Positions 9,907 to 21,300 of a DNA stretch of 64,000 nt are shown one piece after another (position 1 is the stretch's first letter; each line of letters begins with the position of its first letter). Under the pieces are notes generated by a model. It saw only the letters and a list, made by a program, of their open reading frames with translations, did not search any database and was not told where the DNA came from. This DNA comes from an uncultured Candidatus Binatia bacterium (GTDB lineage: Bacteria > Desulfobacterota > Binatia > Bin18): NCBI GenBank assembly GCA_965214605.1, contig OZ243961.1, forward strand, positions 384,001 to 448,000, in the 5' to 3' direction. The position numbers were made by a program, and so were the translations under genes.

Positions 9907-11421
9907 ATGAGTACGAACGGGCATGCCATACCGTCGGAAAAGATTCGGGCTGACCTCTCCCATCCAGTCGTTGATGCCGATGGGCACTGGTTGGAATTTG
10001 GTCCCTTGATCAGAGGCCAGCTCCGCAAGATCGGCGGTGACAAAGCGGTCGAAGGCTTCTCCATGTTTCCCAAGCTGGTCCAGAGCCAGCTCGCCATGTC
10101 ACTCGCCGAGCGGAACGCCCACCGTACGGCCCAGCAGGCCTTCTGGGCACTTCCTACTAAAAACACCCGTGACAGAGCCACGGCTATGATGCCGAAGCTG
10201 ATGAATGAACGCATGGACGAACTCGGCCTTGACTTTAGTGTACTCTATCCAACCGCTGGTCTAGGTTTGCCCCTAGTCCCGGACGCCGAAGCACGTCGGG
10301 CTGCCTGCCGGGCCTTTAATACATTTAGCGCCGATTATTTTGGGCCTTTTGCCGATCGGATGACGCCGTCTGCGGTGATTCCAATGCACACCCCGGAGGA
10401 AGCGATTGAAGAGCTTGAGTACGCGGTCCAACAGCTCGGCCTCAAAGTCGTCATGTTGGGGAGCCTGATCGCACGTCCGATTGAAGCCGTAGCCGAGAAG
10501 ACGCCCGAGGCCGTCGACATTGCTGCCTGGCGAGACGTCCTGGGCCTTGACAGCGTGTATGACTACGACCCGGTGTGGGCTAAATGCGTAGAGCTCAAAG
10601 TTGCCCCCAGCTTTCACTCCGGCTCACGCGGTTTTGGCTTACGCGTGTCCCCCTCCAACTTTTGCTACAACCATATCGGCCACTTCGCGGTTGCGAATGA
10701 GGCGGTGTGCAAAGCGCTGTTCCTAGGCGGTGTCACGCGTCGCTTCCCCACTCTGAACTTCGCCTTCTTGGAGGGCGGGGTGGGCTGGGCCTGCCAGCTG
10801 TACGCGGACCTCATCGAACACTGGGAAAAGCGGAAACTCGACGCTCTCGAAGAGGTCAATCCCAAGAATCTGGATAGCCGCCTGCTCCTACAGCTCACGG
10901 AATCCTACGGGCATGCGGACATGGTTGCCGCCATGCACGAACGGGAAGCCATGTTTGACACAGCCATGCCGCCCAAGGCAGCGATGGATGTTGGCGGGAT
11001 AGACAACCTAGACGACTATGCGGCCTGTCGGATTGACAAAAAAGAAGATTTTAAAGACCTGTTTGTCAAAAACTTCTATTTTGGCTGCGAGGCCGACGAC
11101 CGGATGAACGCCTGGGCCTTTCACACCGGGTGTAATCCGTTTGCCTCCGAGCTCCACGCGTTGTTCGGTTCAGACGTCGGCCACTTCGACGTCCAAGACA
11201 TGGCTGGCGTCTTACGCGAGGCGCACGAGCTGGTCGACAACGGGCTGATGAACGCGGACAATTTTCGGGACTTTGTGTTTACCAATCCGGTTCGCTTCTG
11301 GGGCGAGACCAACCCGGACTTTTTTAGCGGCACGGTCGTTGAAAAAGAAGCGGCAGCCGTGTTAAGCAGCCCGTCGGTCGGAATCGGTCAGACCGGCCAG
11401 ACCGCTCAGCCGGCTCAATAA
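9907..11421 (+). CDS. Amidohydrolase family protein (amidohydro_2-like)
   Basis: VVDADGH, LEGGVGW, FGSDVGHFD; AGGAGG RBS. Confidence 0.85.
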   Translation: MSTNGHAIPSEKIRADLSHPVVDADGHWLEFGPLIRGQLRKIGGDKAVEGFSMFPKLVQSQLAMSLAERNAHRTAQQAFWALPTKNTRDRATAMMPKLMNERMDELGLDFSVLYPTAGLGLPLVPDAEARRAACRAFNTFSADYFGPFADRMTPSAVIPMHTPEEAIEELEYAVQQLGLKVVMLGSLIARPIEAVAEKTPEAVDIAAWRDVLGLDSVYDYDPVWAKCVELKVAPSFHSGSRGFGLRVSPSNFCYNHIGHFAVANEAVCKALFLGGVTRRFPTLNFAFLEGGVGWACQLYADLIEHWEKRKLDALEEVNPKNLDSRLLLQLTESYGHADMVAAMHEREAMFDTAMPPKAAMDVGGIDNLDDYAACRIDKKEDFKDLFVKNFYFGCEADDRMNAWAFHTGCNPFASELHALFGSDVGHFDVQDMAGVLREAHELVDNGLMNADNFRDFVFTNPVRFWGETNPDFFSGTVVEKEAAAVLSSPSVGIGQTGQTAQPAQ

Positions 11422-11468
11422 CACCGACCTCATCCCATGGTCATAGCCGGGCCCGTTGGTGCCCGGCG

Positions 11469-12314
11469 TCAGGCGATACGTCTCTGCCCTCCCTCTCGGT
11501 TCAGCGAGCCAAGAAACCGACATACCGCATTCAGGCATTCCTCAGGTTCATCTACATAGATCTCATGCCCTGGCCCTTCCACCACGGTGATACGGGCGTC
11601 GGGAATCTCAGTGCGCATAGACAGTTGGTCAGCCAGCGGCGTGATCGGGCTATGGGCCGGAGCTAGGATGAGGGTTGGCACGCTGACCTGTGGCAGTAGC
11701 GGTGTGGTATCCGCGCCGTCCAAGGTCCGGGTAATACCTTGCAAAACGTGGGTCGGAGTCTTAGCCCACTCGTTTAGTACCCACTCAGTGTGAGCTGGGC
11801 TTTTACCGCTGATGATCTTGTGTTCGATCAACAGTCGGCCCCAGCCCCTTGAGCCGTCATGGGCCAGGGTTTGGTTCACATTGCCGTGGTGGCCTGACAG
11901 GGCTTGAGTACCCGAGGGACGAATCGTGGTCGGAGAATTACAAATAACGAGACTTTTAAAGCGTTCCGGCCAGCGGGTGGCGAACAGAATACCCAAGATA
12001 CCACCGATTGACTCGCCTACATAATGCACCTGCTCGAGGTCGAGCGCGTCCATGAAGTCGCGCATATCGGTGACCAACTCGTCGAGCGACCAGGCGTGGT
12101 CCGGTCCGGGGTCGGCCGACTGGCCGTGGCCGCGCAGATCACGCCGGATCACTCGATACTGCCCGGCCAGGCCGGGCACCCAATGATGCCAGAACCTCGT
12201 GTTCCGACCCACGCCGTGCTGCAACCAGACCGTCTCGGTATCGGTCCGCCACGGAGCGGTGAAATCGTCAATTTGGTAAAACATCTCGCAATTGTTCGCC
12301 GTCACTGTCGGCAT
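11469..12314 (-). CDS. Alpha/beta fold hydrolase
   Basis: DLRGHGQS, GESIGG, GPGHEI. Confidence 0.88.
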   Translation of the reverse strand: MPTVTANNCEMFYQIDDFTAPWRTDTETVWLQHGVGRNTRFWHHWVPGLAGQYRVIRRDLRGHGQSADPGPDHAWSLDELVTDMRDFMDALDLEQVHYVGESIGGILGILFATRWPERFKSLVICNSPTTIRPSGTQALSGHHGNVNQTLAHDGSRGWGRLLIEHKIISGKSPAHTEWVLNEWAKTPTHVLQGITRTLDGADTTPLLPQVSVPTLILAPAHSPITPLADQLSMRTEIPDARITVVEGPGHEIYVDEPEECLNAVCRFLGSLNREGGQRRIA

Positions 12315-12457
12315 ACCGCCCTCCTTAGTCTACGCTTGCCTGCTAGCTAACACAGTCGCCCGGTCGCCGTCTATCCAGCCTCATCCCCCAGACTTGCCCT
12401 TTACGAGACTGAGGCTGGCGGGCTATGATCGGTTCATACACGCATAAGGGGGCACTC

Positions 12458-13345
12458 ATGTTTACCATAGGCAAACTGTTCCATCTCACTCATGTGGTGG
12501 ACGATCTCGAAGCGGTCGATCGCTGGTACGATGAAGTGTTTTCAGTCACCCGGTTCTACAACGGTTACGAGGAGTTGGCCGGTCGTAACGCCTCCCTCAT
12601 CGCCATTGGCGATGTCATCATGGAACCGATGATGCCGGCTCGAGTTGAGCCGCTCAAAAATCCGTCGGTCAAGAAATTCCACGATCGGTTTGGCCAGCAC
12701 TTCCATTCCATAGCCTGGTATGTGGATGATGTGAAGGCCATCTCCGAGCGGCTCGACTCGGCAGGATTTCGCCTATTTAATATCGTGGGCAAGATGGTCA
12801 AACCGTCCGATAAGACAGCCGCGATCTGGACGCATCCCAAAGAGACCTCGGGCCAGCTGGAGTTTGCCCTGTCCGGTGATTATATTGCCGACCCACGTCT
12901 CAAACCGGACTGGTCACATGCGCCGTGGCGGGAGCATCCTCTGGGGATTGAGCGTGCGTCCCATATCGGAGTGGTGGTTGGGAGTCTGACCAAAACAAAA
13001 CAGCTGTACTGTGAAGTGCTGGGCGGGACACTGCTGCACGAGGAGACGGTCGTCGGACGCAAGCACAGCGCTTTTGTGGCGGTTGGTGAAGATACCGTTG
13101 TAGAGCTGTCTGAGCCTATATCGGCAGACAGTCCAGAGGGGCGCGAGCTAGATACACACGGCGAGGGGATCTATTCGCTGATCTTTAAGACGCGCAACCT
13201 AGAGCAGGCTCAGAACTTTCTGCGGTCTCGACAGCATCGGCCCGCTGCCGACAGCCCAGATACCATTGTGCTCGGGACCGACCAGGCGTTTGGTATGGTC
13301 GTCGGCTTTACCCAACGCACGCTTCCGGACGATCCACGCGCCTGA
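12458..13345 (+). CDS. VOC (glyoxalase-like) family protein, two domains
   Basis: FHLTHVVDDL, FHSIAWYVDD, SHIGVVV, VELSEP. Confidence 0.8.
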   Translation: MFTIGKLFHLTHVVDDLEAVDRWYDEVFSVTRFYNGYEELAGRNASLIAIGDVIMEPMMPARVEPLKNPSVKKFHDRFGQHFHSIAWYVDDVKAISERLDSAGFRLFNIVGKMVKPSDKTAAIWTHPKETSGQLEFALSGDYIADPRLKPDWSHAPWREHPLGIERASHIGVVVGSLTKTKQLYCEVLGGTLLHEETVVGRKHSAFVAVGEDTVVELSEPISADSPEGRELDTHGEGIYSLIFKTRNLEQAQNFLRSRQHRPAADSPDTIVLGTDQAFGMVVGFTQRTLPDDPRA

Positions 13346-13419
13346 GTTTACCGTAGGCCGCCCCGTATGGAGCCAAGGATGGGGTGAAGACAGAAATCGT
13401 ACCTAGGAGGACACAAACG

Positions 13420-15150
13420 ATGGCGGATTTCGATATCCAGATTAAAGGCGGCACTGTTGTTGATGGCACGCGCGTCCCGCGCTTCCGGGCCGATGTATGG
13501 ATTCGGAACGGCAAAATCGCCCAGATTGGTGGACGGGCGCCCGGTTTTGCTAAAAAGATCATTGACGCGGACGGCTTAATCGTGGCCCCCGGATTTATTG
13601 ATCTCCATACCCACTATGACGCCCAGATCCGCTGGGACCCATACTGTACCATTTCCGGCTGGCACGGCGTCACCTCGCTGGTGTTGGGCAACTGCGGGTT
13701 TGGTTTTGCTCCGTGTAAACCCGACTTTCGTGAGCGCTCAATGCTGACCATGACCCGTACTGAAGCCATCCCGTATGTGTCGATGGAAGCCGGCATGACC
13801 TGGGACTGGGAGACGATTCCTGAATACCTGGACTCGCTTGAGCGCGTCCCTAAAGGCGTCAACTGCATTCAGTACATGCCGACCGCATCTCTGATGACCT
13901 ATGTCATGGGTCTCGAAGCGGCAAAAACGCGGCCCGCGACCGAAGCCGAGCGCGCGGCTATGCACCGCCTACTAGCCGAAGGCATGGACGCGGGGTTGTG
14001 CGGGTTTTCGATTCAGCGGCTGGGGTGGCATTCGGGTCAGGCAGATTACGACGGCTCGCCCATGGTCACCGACACAATGGTCGATGAAGACATTCTGAAC
14101 TTGGCTCGGGTGCTGCGTGAGCGAGATGACGGGTTTATCCAGATCACCCAGGCAACTGGCCACATGAAGGAAGATTTGGCATTCTTGGAAAAACTCGCCT
14201 CAGAAGCCCAGCGGCCGATTTTGCATAACGCGATTGCGGCCAGCAAACGCAATCCAGATCCGCACCGTAAGAGTCTCGCCTGGCTGGAACGCATGCGGGC
14301 CAAAGGCTTACCAATCTTTGGCCAGGGCGCGACGGTGCGCAGCGGCTTTGCCTTTACGCTCGAACATTGGAATCTGTACGATGTGTCTGCGGCGTGGCGC
14401 GATATGTTGACCGGCAGCAAGGAAGAGCGGGCGAACAAGATGCGCGACCCTCAACTCCGTCAAGCGGCAAAAAGTGAAAAATCAATGCGAGCACTAGACC
14501 GCAACGCAGCCGGCATAGGCGGGCGCCTGCCCCGCCTGCTTGTTCAGGCGGTCGCCAACACTCTGGAGCTGGAAAAGTATGTCGGTCAGTCTGTGGGCGA
14601 GATCGCCGATGCAGAGAACAAACATCCGGTTGATGTCATGCTGGATCTGTCCCTGGCCACCGACCTGAAGGCCGAGTTTCTCCAACCCGAACCAGAGTTT
14701 AACGCTGGCTTCAACGCCGAGATTATTACCGACTCGATGTATACCTTCCCAGGAGTCTCAGACGGCGGAGCGCATACCAAGTTTTTCACCGGCGGGGCGT
14801 TCACGACCGACTTTCTGCGCTGGCTGGTCCGAGACGAGCAGAGGATTAGTCTTGAAGAGGCCCACTATCGTCTGTCGGCTCTGCCAGCTCACGCGGCCGG
14901 ATTTCGGGATCGTGGGGTGCTGCACGAAGGCACAGCTGCCGACGTAGTGGTGTACGAATTGGACGGCCTAGGTATCGAACCAGACTGGGTCGGTGAGATC
15001 GCCCGCGATCTGCCCGGCGGAGAGTGGCGCCGGATTCAGCGTTCACGTGGCTATCGGTCTATTATCGTCAACGGGGTTGAGACCTTTGCCAACGGCGAAT
15101 GTAGCGGGCAAACGCCGGGCAAGCTCCTACGCCACGGTCGGGCCACCTAG
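13420..15150 (+). CDS. N-acyl-D-amino-acid deacylase-like amidohydrolase
   Basis: APGFIDLHTHYD, GNCGFGFAP, SDGGAH; AGGAGG RBS. Confidence 0.88.
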   Translation: MADFDIQIKGGTVVDGTRVPRFRADVWIRNGKIAQIGGRAPGFAKKIIDADGLIVAPGFIDLHTHYDAQIRWDPYCTISGWHGVTSLVLGNCGFGFAPCKPDFRERSMLTMTRTEAIPYVSMEAGMTWDWETIPEYLDSLERVPKGVNCIQYMPTASLMTYVMGLEAAKTRPATEAERAAMHRLLAEGMDAGLCGFSIQRLGWHSGQADYDGSPMVTDTMVDEDILNLARVLRERDDGFIQITQATGHMKEDLAFLEKLASEAQRPILHNAIAASKRNPDPHRKSLAWLERMRAKGLPIFGQGATVRSGFAFTLEHWNLYDVSAAWRDMLTGSKEERANKMRDPQLRQAAKSEKSMRALDRNAAGIGGRLPRLLVQAVANTLELEKYVGQSVGEIADAENKHPVDVMLDLSLATDLKAEFLQPEPEFNAGFNAEIITDSMYTFPGVSDGGAHTKFFTGGAFTTDFLRWLVRDEQRISLEEAHYRLSALPAHAAGFRDRGVLHEGTAADVVVYELDGLGIEPDWVGEIARDLPGGEWRRIQRSRGYRSIIVNGVETFANGECSGQTPGKLLRHGRAT

Positions 15151-15221
15151 CCCTTGTTGTGTATGTGGACGCTCTCACTCCGGGCAGGGCTGATAGTCCT
15201 GCCCGGTCCCTTGTGCGGCCC

Positions 15222-15980
15222 TTATGAAAAATGCACCGACACGTCTCCGATATCAGAAAAAGACGCCCGATAGGTGCCCGCCTGAGTGATCGCGTGATGA
15301 CAAAATGAGCCGGTGATCACCGGCTGTCCGGGCTTGAGCCCGTGGCCGTAGGTGTGGAGTAGCCGACACAAGCGCGACAGCGAAAGGTAAGGGTCATCCA
15401 TAGTCTCACCCGGTGTCTTCGTCTCAATCAACCGTCCATCCCGAGAAAATTCAACGCTGGTATGAATCAGATCGTCCCGAACTGCAGTCGGAGGTCCGAG
15501 CACAATGCCCCACTGGGCTAGACCGTCGGCCAGCAGGGTGGCCGGCCTTGTGTCGGTCCTGAGCCTGATCTCGTTGATCTCAAACGCCGGGGCAACGGCT
15601 CGGACCGCGGCCTTTGCTTCGGCCACACTCACATTCTGGCCAGACAGGGCCACATCGACGATCAGACACAGTTCTGGTTCCAGACGACAGTTAAGAATAT
15701 TGGCGCGGGGCAGGACTGAGCCAGAATCGAAAATACGGCTGCGCAAGATGTAGCCAAACGGCCGAAAGCCAACGCCCATCCGGTCGCGTGCTCTGCCCGA
15801 GGTCAACCCGACTTTCCATCCCCCGAGCTGCTCTCCCGTGGCGGTGAAACGCTCAAGCACCCTGAGCTGTCTCTCCAGCCCAGCCTCGACACCGAGTTGG
15901 ACCTCGTCAAGTCCGGACACGACGACACTATCTCGGCGGCCGATGTATAAAGCGTCGATAAAAGCAGTCTGCTCTCCCAT
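15222..15980 (-). CDS. 2-keto-4-pentenoate hydratase-like (FAH superfamily)
   Basis: GWKVGLTS, LEPEL, APAFEINE, VITGS. An alternative GTG start lies at 16001. Confidence 0.8.
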   Translation of the reverse strand: MGEQTAFIDALYIGRRDSVVVSGLDEVQLGVEAGLERQLRVLERFTATGEQLGGWKVGLTSGRARDRMGVGFRPFGYILRSRIFDSGSVLPRANILNCRLEPELCLIVDVALSGQNVSVAEAKAAVRAVAPAFEINEIRLRTDTRPATLLADGLAQWGIVLGPPTAVRDDLIHTSVEFSRDGRLIETKTPGETMDDPYLSLSRLCRLLHTYGHGLKPGQPVITGSFCHHAITQAGTYRASFSDIGDVSVHFS

Positions 15981-15997
15981 CACCGTCACGCCTTTCC

Positions 15998-17125
15998 TCA
16001 CGAGTCCAGACCGTAGCAGCGGACGGCGTTATCACTCATGATGTTGGACTGGGCGACGTCTGGGAGATCCGCACAGTGCTCTTTCAGTTCGTCCACCACG
16101 CCCGGAAAAACACAGTCAAAATGTGGGTAATCCGATGCCCACATCAAGACCTTGTGGGTGGCGCAGGCGACTGCGGTTTTGAGCGCTACGTCATCAGGCT
16201 CGCATGACAGAAAGCACTGTCGATGGAAATACTCACTAGGTTTGAGGCTTAGGGGCGGCAGCATATGACCGATCTTTTCGGCGAATTCATCCAGCCGGGC
16301 TAGCCAGTAGGGCAACCAGCCACCACCCGACTCAAGGATGGCGATGCGGAGTTGAGGATAGTTCTCCAGTACTCCGCCACAACACAGGTCCATACAGGCC
16401 ATCTGTTGCTCAAACGGATGAGCGATGATCATCCGCTGGAAGAAGTTGGGATAGCGGTCAAAGCCGGCCGTGGGCAGCTCACCGATCACTGCGCTGTGAA
16501 TTGCCACCGTACAGTCGAGCTCCTGAGCCTCAGCCCACAGCGGATCATAGGCCGGGTCGTTGAGGCGGCGGTCATTATACGGGTTGGGCCGAATCGTGAT
16601 CGCTTTCACCCCCTGCTCTTTGACCACCCGACGCATCTCACGTATGGCCGCCTCAACATCAATCAGTGGGACTGGCGCAATCTGATAGAGCCGGTCGGAA
16701 TACGGACGGCAGAAGTCGGCCATCCAGTTGTTGTAGGCACGGCAGGCGGCAGCAGCCAACTCTGGGTCGCGCAAACCGCCATACGCCAACCCTAGCGAGG
16801 GATAGAGGATCGAGACATCGATGCCATCCGCGTCCATGTCTTTGATCCGGGCGTGAGGCTCGAAGCTGCCGGGCCGCAGATCCTCCCACGACAATTGCCG
16901 AGCATGTTCGGGATGGCTCAGGCCGCCCGGGATACACATTGCAGCAATCATCATCGGACTACGGGACAGAATCCGGCCCTCGACCTTCATCCGATCAATC
17001 CCCTCACTATCTTTGACGACCTGCGGAACACGGTCACGAAAGGCGAGTTCGACGTACTCCTGCCACAGGACCGCTGGCTCGACGATGTGGCCGTCAGCAT
17101 CGATGATTTTAGGCTGAGATATCAT
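15998..17125 (-). CDS. Amidohydrolase family protein (amidohydro_2)
   Basis: IIDADGH, LESGGGW, WASDYPHFD. Confidence 0.88.
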   Translation of the reverse strand: MISQPKIIDADGHIVEPAVLWQEYVELAFRDRVPQVVKDSEGIDRMKVEGRILSRSPMMIAAMCIPGGLSHPEHARQLSWEDLRPGSFEPHARIKDMDADGIDVSILYPSLGLAYGGLRDPELAAAACRAYNNWMADFCRPYSDRLYQIAPVPLIDVEAAIREMRRVVKEQGVKAITIRPNPYNDRRLNDPAYDPLWAEAQELDCTVAIHSAVIGELPTAGFDRYPNFFQRMIIAHPFEQQMACMDLCCGGVLENYPQLRIAILESGGGWLPYWLARLDEFAEKIGHMLPPLSLKPSEYFHRQCFLSCEPDDVALKTAVACATHKVLMWASDYPHFDCVFPGVVDELKEHCADLPDVAQSNIMSDNAVRCYGLDS

Positions 17126-17134
17126 GGTGCCTCC

Positions 17135-18343
17135 TTAGGTTGAGTAGGCCGAGTTAAAGTGGACGTAGCCGGTGGACAGGTCGGACGTCACGACATGAGC
17201 CGTCCCTTTGCCCCCGCGAAGATCAATAGCGATGGCGAACTCGGGTTGCTTCATGACCCCTGCGGCCCGTTTTTCGTTCTGCGGACCGGTACTCCTGCCG
17301 TTTCGACCAATTAAAATATCACCTACCATGATATTGAGTTTGTTCTGATCCAGTTGGACTCCGGCATAACCGACCGCGCACGCGATCCGTCCCCAGTTCG
17401 GGTCGCCACCGAAAAAGGCGGTTTTAACGAGCGGAGAGGAGGCAACGGTCCGAGCGATCTTCCGGGCGTCTTCGTCGGTTTTTGTACCCCGGACAAAAAT
17501 ATCAACCACCCGGGTCGCGCCCTCGCCGTCCTTGACACACAGTCGGGCTAACTCGCACAGGACCTCACCAACCGCCGTCTTAAAGGTCCGGAAGTCTCGA
17601 CCCGACTTCTTGACGGGCCGATTATGAGCCAGGCCATTGGCCATGAGGACAAGTGTATCGCTGGTGCTGGTATCCCCGTCCACACTGATGGCGTTAAACG
17701 AGTCGTCGAGCGTCATCGCCAAGGTCTGGTGTAAGGCATCAGCTTCCACCGCCGCGTCGGTTACCACGTAACACAGCATGGTCGCCATATGAGGGTTGAT
17801 CATGCCCGCCCCTTTGGCCAGACCGGCCAGCGTCACGGTCTGACTGCCAATTTTCAGTTGACGGACGGCGGCTTTTGGAAAGGCATCGGTGGTCATCATC
17901 CCCGACAGTGCGTCCCAAAATCTCTTGGGCGAGAGTTTGTTGCACGCCTCAAGAATACCGGGGCGCATTTTTTCCCACGGCGGCAGGATACCGATTTTGC
18001 CGGTTGAAGAGGGGAGAACAAGGGCGTCTTCGATATTCAACGTGCGGCCGACCAGATGACACGTATTACGGGCTAGGCGCAGACCGGCTTCTCCAGTTGA
18101 AACGTTGGCAATACCGCTATTAATCACCACGGCCTGGAGTTGGCCACGCTTCATCCGCTCTAGACCGACTAGCACTGGTGCACCTTTGATCTGATTGGTG
18201 GTAAAAGCAGCCGCCGCCGTAGCAGGTTGGTCTGAAACGATCAGCGCCAAGTCCTTTTTTCTACTCGGCTTGATACCGCATGAGACGCCGCTAAAGCGAA
18301 AGCCGGGCACCACAACCGGTTTTTTCTCTACCTTCACGCGCAT
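17135..18343 (-). CDS. argJ: Glutamate N-acetyltransferase / ornithine acetyltransferase
   Basis: MTTDAFPK, KGAGMINPHMATML autocleavage motif, DGEGAT, GGDPNWGRI. Confidence 0.95.
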   Translation of the reverse strand: MRVKVEKKPVVVPGFRFSGVSCGIKPSRKKDLALIVSDQPATAAAAFTTNQIKGAPVLVGLERMKRGQLQAVVINSGIANVSTGEAGLRLARNTCHLVGRTLNIEDALVLPSSTGKIGILPPWEKMRPGILEACNKLSPKRFWDALSGMMTTDAFPKAAVRQLKIGSQTVTLAGLAKGAGMINPHMATMLCYVVTDAAVEADALHQTLAMTLDDSFNAISVDGDTSTSDTLVLMANGLAHNRPVKKSGRDFRTFKTAVGEVLCELARLCVKDGEGATRVVDIFVRGTKTDEDARKIARTVASSPLVKTAFFGGDPNWGRIACAVGYAGVQLDQNKLNIMVGDILIGRNGRSTGPQNEKRAAGVMKQPEFAIAIDLRGGKGTAHVVTSDLSTGYVHFNSAYST

Positions 18344-18352
18344 GCTGTTCTC

Positions 18353-21300
18353 CTATGCCCCGTGACATTTTTTGTATTTGCGGCCACTGCCACACGGACA
18401 CGGGTCGTTGCGCCCAACCTTGGGCTCATTTCTCCGGACCTGGGTCGCCGGGGCTGGCGGCTGCTGAGGATCCTGACCGTGGCTCATACTAATCGGACGG
18501 CGGGGCTGGGCTTGACGCGCCTCCATTTTCTGGACATCTTCCTGGCGGGCAATCTGGACGGTAAAGAGTTTCTCTACCACCTCGGCTCGCATCCGGTCAT
18601 GGAGTTGCTCAAACAGCGCAAAGCCTTCTTTCTGGTATTCTTGAAGGGGATTCTTTTGTCCGTACCCCCTCAGCCCGACGGCTTCTTTGAGATGATCCAT
18701 GGACAGCAGATGGTCTTTCCAGAGGGCGTCCATGGTCTGCAGCAAAATGACCTTCTCCAGGTAGTGCAAGACCGGCGGCGTAAAATTTTCCTCTCGTTCT
18801 CGATAAATCGCTAGGATCTTATCGTGGACAGCCTCGCTCAAGCTGTCGGCCTCGGAGTTATGTTTCTCTTCCTCGCTCAGCGAGAGCCGAAAATTGAACT
18901 GGCGGAAGAGGGCATCGTCCAGGGCCTTCCAGTCCCACTCTTCAGGCGGTAGATCCTCTGATAGGTAGAACCCGACTGTTTTTTTGGCAACCTCCTCAAT
19001 CATCTCCAGGACTTCGGCCGAGAGATTGTCACTAGTCAGGAAGGTGCGGCGCTGATCGTAAATCACCTCGCGCTGCTTATTCATAACATCGTCATACTCG
19101 AGCAGGTGTTTGCGGATATCAAAGTTCCGTGCTTCGACCCGTCTCTGGGCATTCTCGATGGCCTTGCTGACCATACCGTGTTCAATCGGCTCACCCTCTT
19201 CCATACCCAGACGATCCATGATGCCCTGAATTCGATCTGCCCCAAAAATGCGCAGCAGATCGTCTTCAAGAGACAGATAGAAGCGTGACGAGCCGGGGTC
19301 ACCCTGGCGCCCAGCCCGACCGCGCAGCTGGTTGTCGATGCGCCGTGCCTCATGCCGTTCAGTCCCCAGAATATGCAGCCCACCGGTGGCCACGACCTTA
19401 TCGCGTTCTTGGGCGCAGGTGGCCCGGTATTTGGCCAAGGCCGTATCAAAAGCACGCTGGTAGACGTCTGGGGACTTTTCGAGCTGTTCGCGGACTTCCT
19501 CAACGACCTTGACCCGTTCGCGGCGCTGTTCTTCGTAAATCCGTTCGGCCTCAGCGACCGCTGCTTCGTATGGCTGGCGTTTTTCTTCGTAGAGTTGATC
19601 GGCCTCATCATACGCTCGCTGGGCTTCTTGATAGGCCCGTTGGGCCCGCTCAAAGTGCTGGCCGACCTCACCGTTGTCACTCAGCACGACCTCGGCAACG
19701 CGAACAATCGCCTGACCGTATTCGTCAAGGACGCGCTCATAACGGTCCCGCATGACCTCGAGACGGTCGGCCGCCTGGGGCGAAACGTCTTCGGCCAACA
19801 GTCCGGCATAATCGGCGCACACGGTCTCATACTCCTCCCGCCGCTCTTCGGGCAGAGAGGGCCCAACGACCTTGTCGTACTCGGTCAAGGCGTGTTCATA
19901 CGTCCCACACGCTTGAGCGTATTGTTGCAGGATGTCTGTTGCGGGCGGGCCAGCCATAAAATCGATTTGGGCGGTGAGGGTCTGATAGTCGGCCCGGGCC
20001 TTTTGGAAGGACGCGTGGAGGAAGGGCCGGTAGGTCTCAGACAGACGTGACAGCGCCGCGTTGCGGGTCTCTTCGTGCGGTTTCCACCCCGGCTCGTACC
20101 GCTGGCGCGCCTGGGTTAGGGATTCGTTGTACGCTTCGCGCAGCTCTTCGAGGCTCTCTTCGTAGCTCTTGGTTTTGGTTTGGGCCGGGGCAGTTTTTTT
20201 CAACCAGGTTTTTTCAATCTCAACCCGAGCAAGAAACTCGGGATTGCCGCCGAGCAAAATGTCGGTTCCCCGGCCAGCCATATTGGTGGCGATCGTCACT
20301 CCCCCCAAACGGCCCGCCTGAGCAATAATATTAGCCTCAGCCTCGTGATTGACCGCGTTCAACACGTTGTGCTTGATGTTTTTCTTTTTGAGCAGCTTGC
20401 TGAGTCGTTCGGATTTTTCGACCGATACGGTACCGACCAATACGGGTTGGCCACGGTGGTGACACTCCGCGATATCGTCGGCCACAGCCCGAAATTTTTC
20501 GCGCTCGGTTTTGTACACCATGTCGGGGAAGTCTTGGCGCAACATGCCTTTGTTGGGAGGAATGACGACCACGTCAAGGCTATAGATCTTTTTGAACTCT
20601 ATCGCCTCGGTATCGGCCGTGCCCGTCATGCCACCCAGCTTGTGATACATGCGAAAATAGTTCTGAATGGTAATCGTTGCTAGGGTCTGATTTTCCTCCC
20701 GGATACGCACTCCCTCTTTAGCCTCAACCGCTTGGTGGAGCCCCTCAGACCATCGCCGGCCAGGCATCAAGCGGCCGGTGAACTCATCAACGATGATGAC
20801 CTCCCCGTCTTTGAGCACATAGTCGACATCCCGCTTAAATAGCGCATGGGCCCGTAGTGCTTGATTGACGTGGTGGAGGATGCTGATTTCAGACGGATCG
20901 TAGAGGTTTTTGACCCCTAAGATGCGCTCGACCTTGGACACTCCTTCCTCGGTTAAGGTCGCGTTCCGCTGTTTTTCATCAATCGCATAATCGAGGTCTT
21001 TTTGTAGACGGGGAATGACCCGATTCAGGGTGTAATATTTTTCGGTCGATTCCTCGGCCGGACCAGAGATGATCAGCGGCGTGCGCGCCTCATCGATCAG
21101 GATGTTATCGACCTCGTCCACAATCGCGAAATGGAGCTCACCCTGCGCGTACTCCTCGTTGCTAAACTTCATATTATCGCGCAAATAGTCAAAACCGAAC
21201 TCATTGTTTGTCCCGTAGGTCACATCGGCCTGATACGCCTCCTGGCGGCTGACGGGGCGCAGATTAAGAAAACGGTAGTCTTTGACGACATGGCTGGGGT

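Noticed and set aside
19390-20225. SecA insertion as an intein
   Set aside because: No N-terminal Cys/Ser block, no His-Asn terminus and no LAGLIDADG motifs; the composition is coiled-coil-like.
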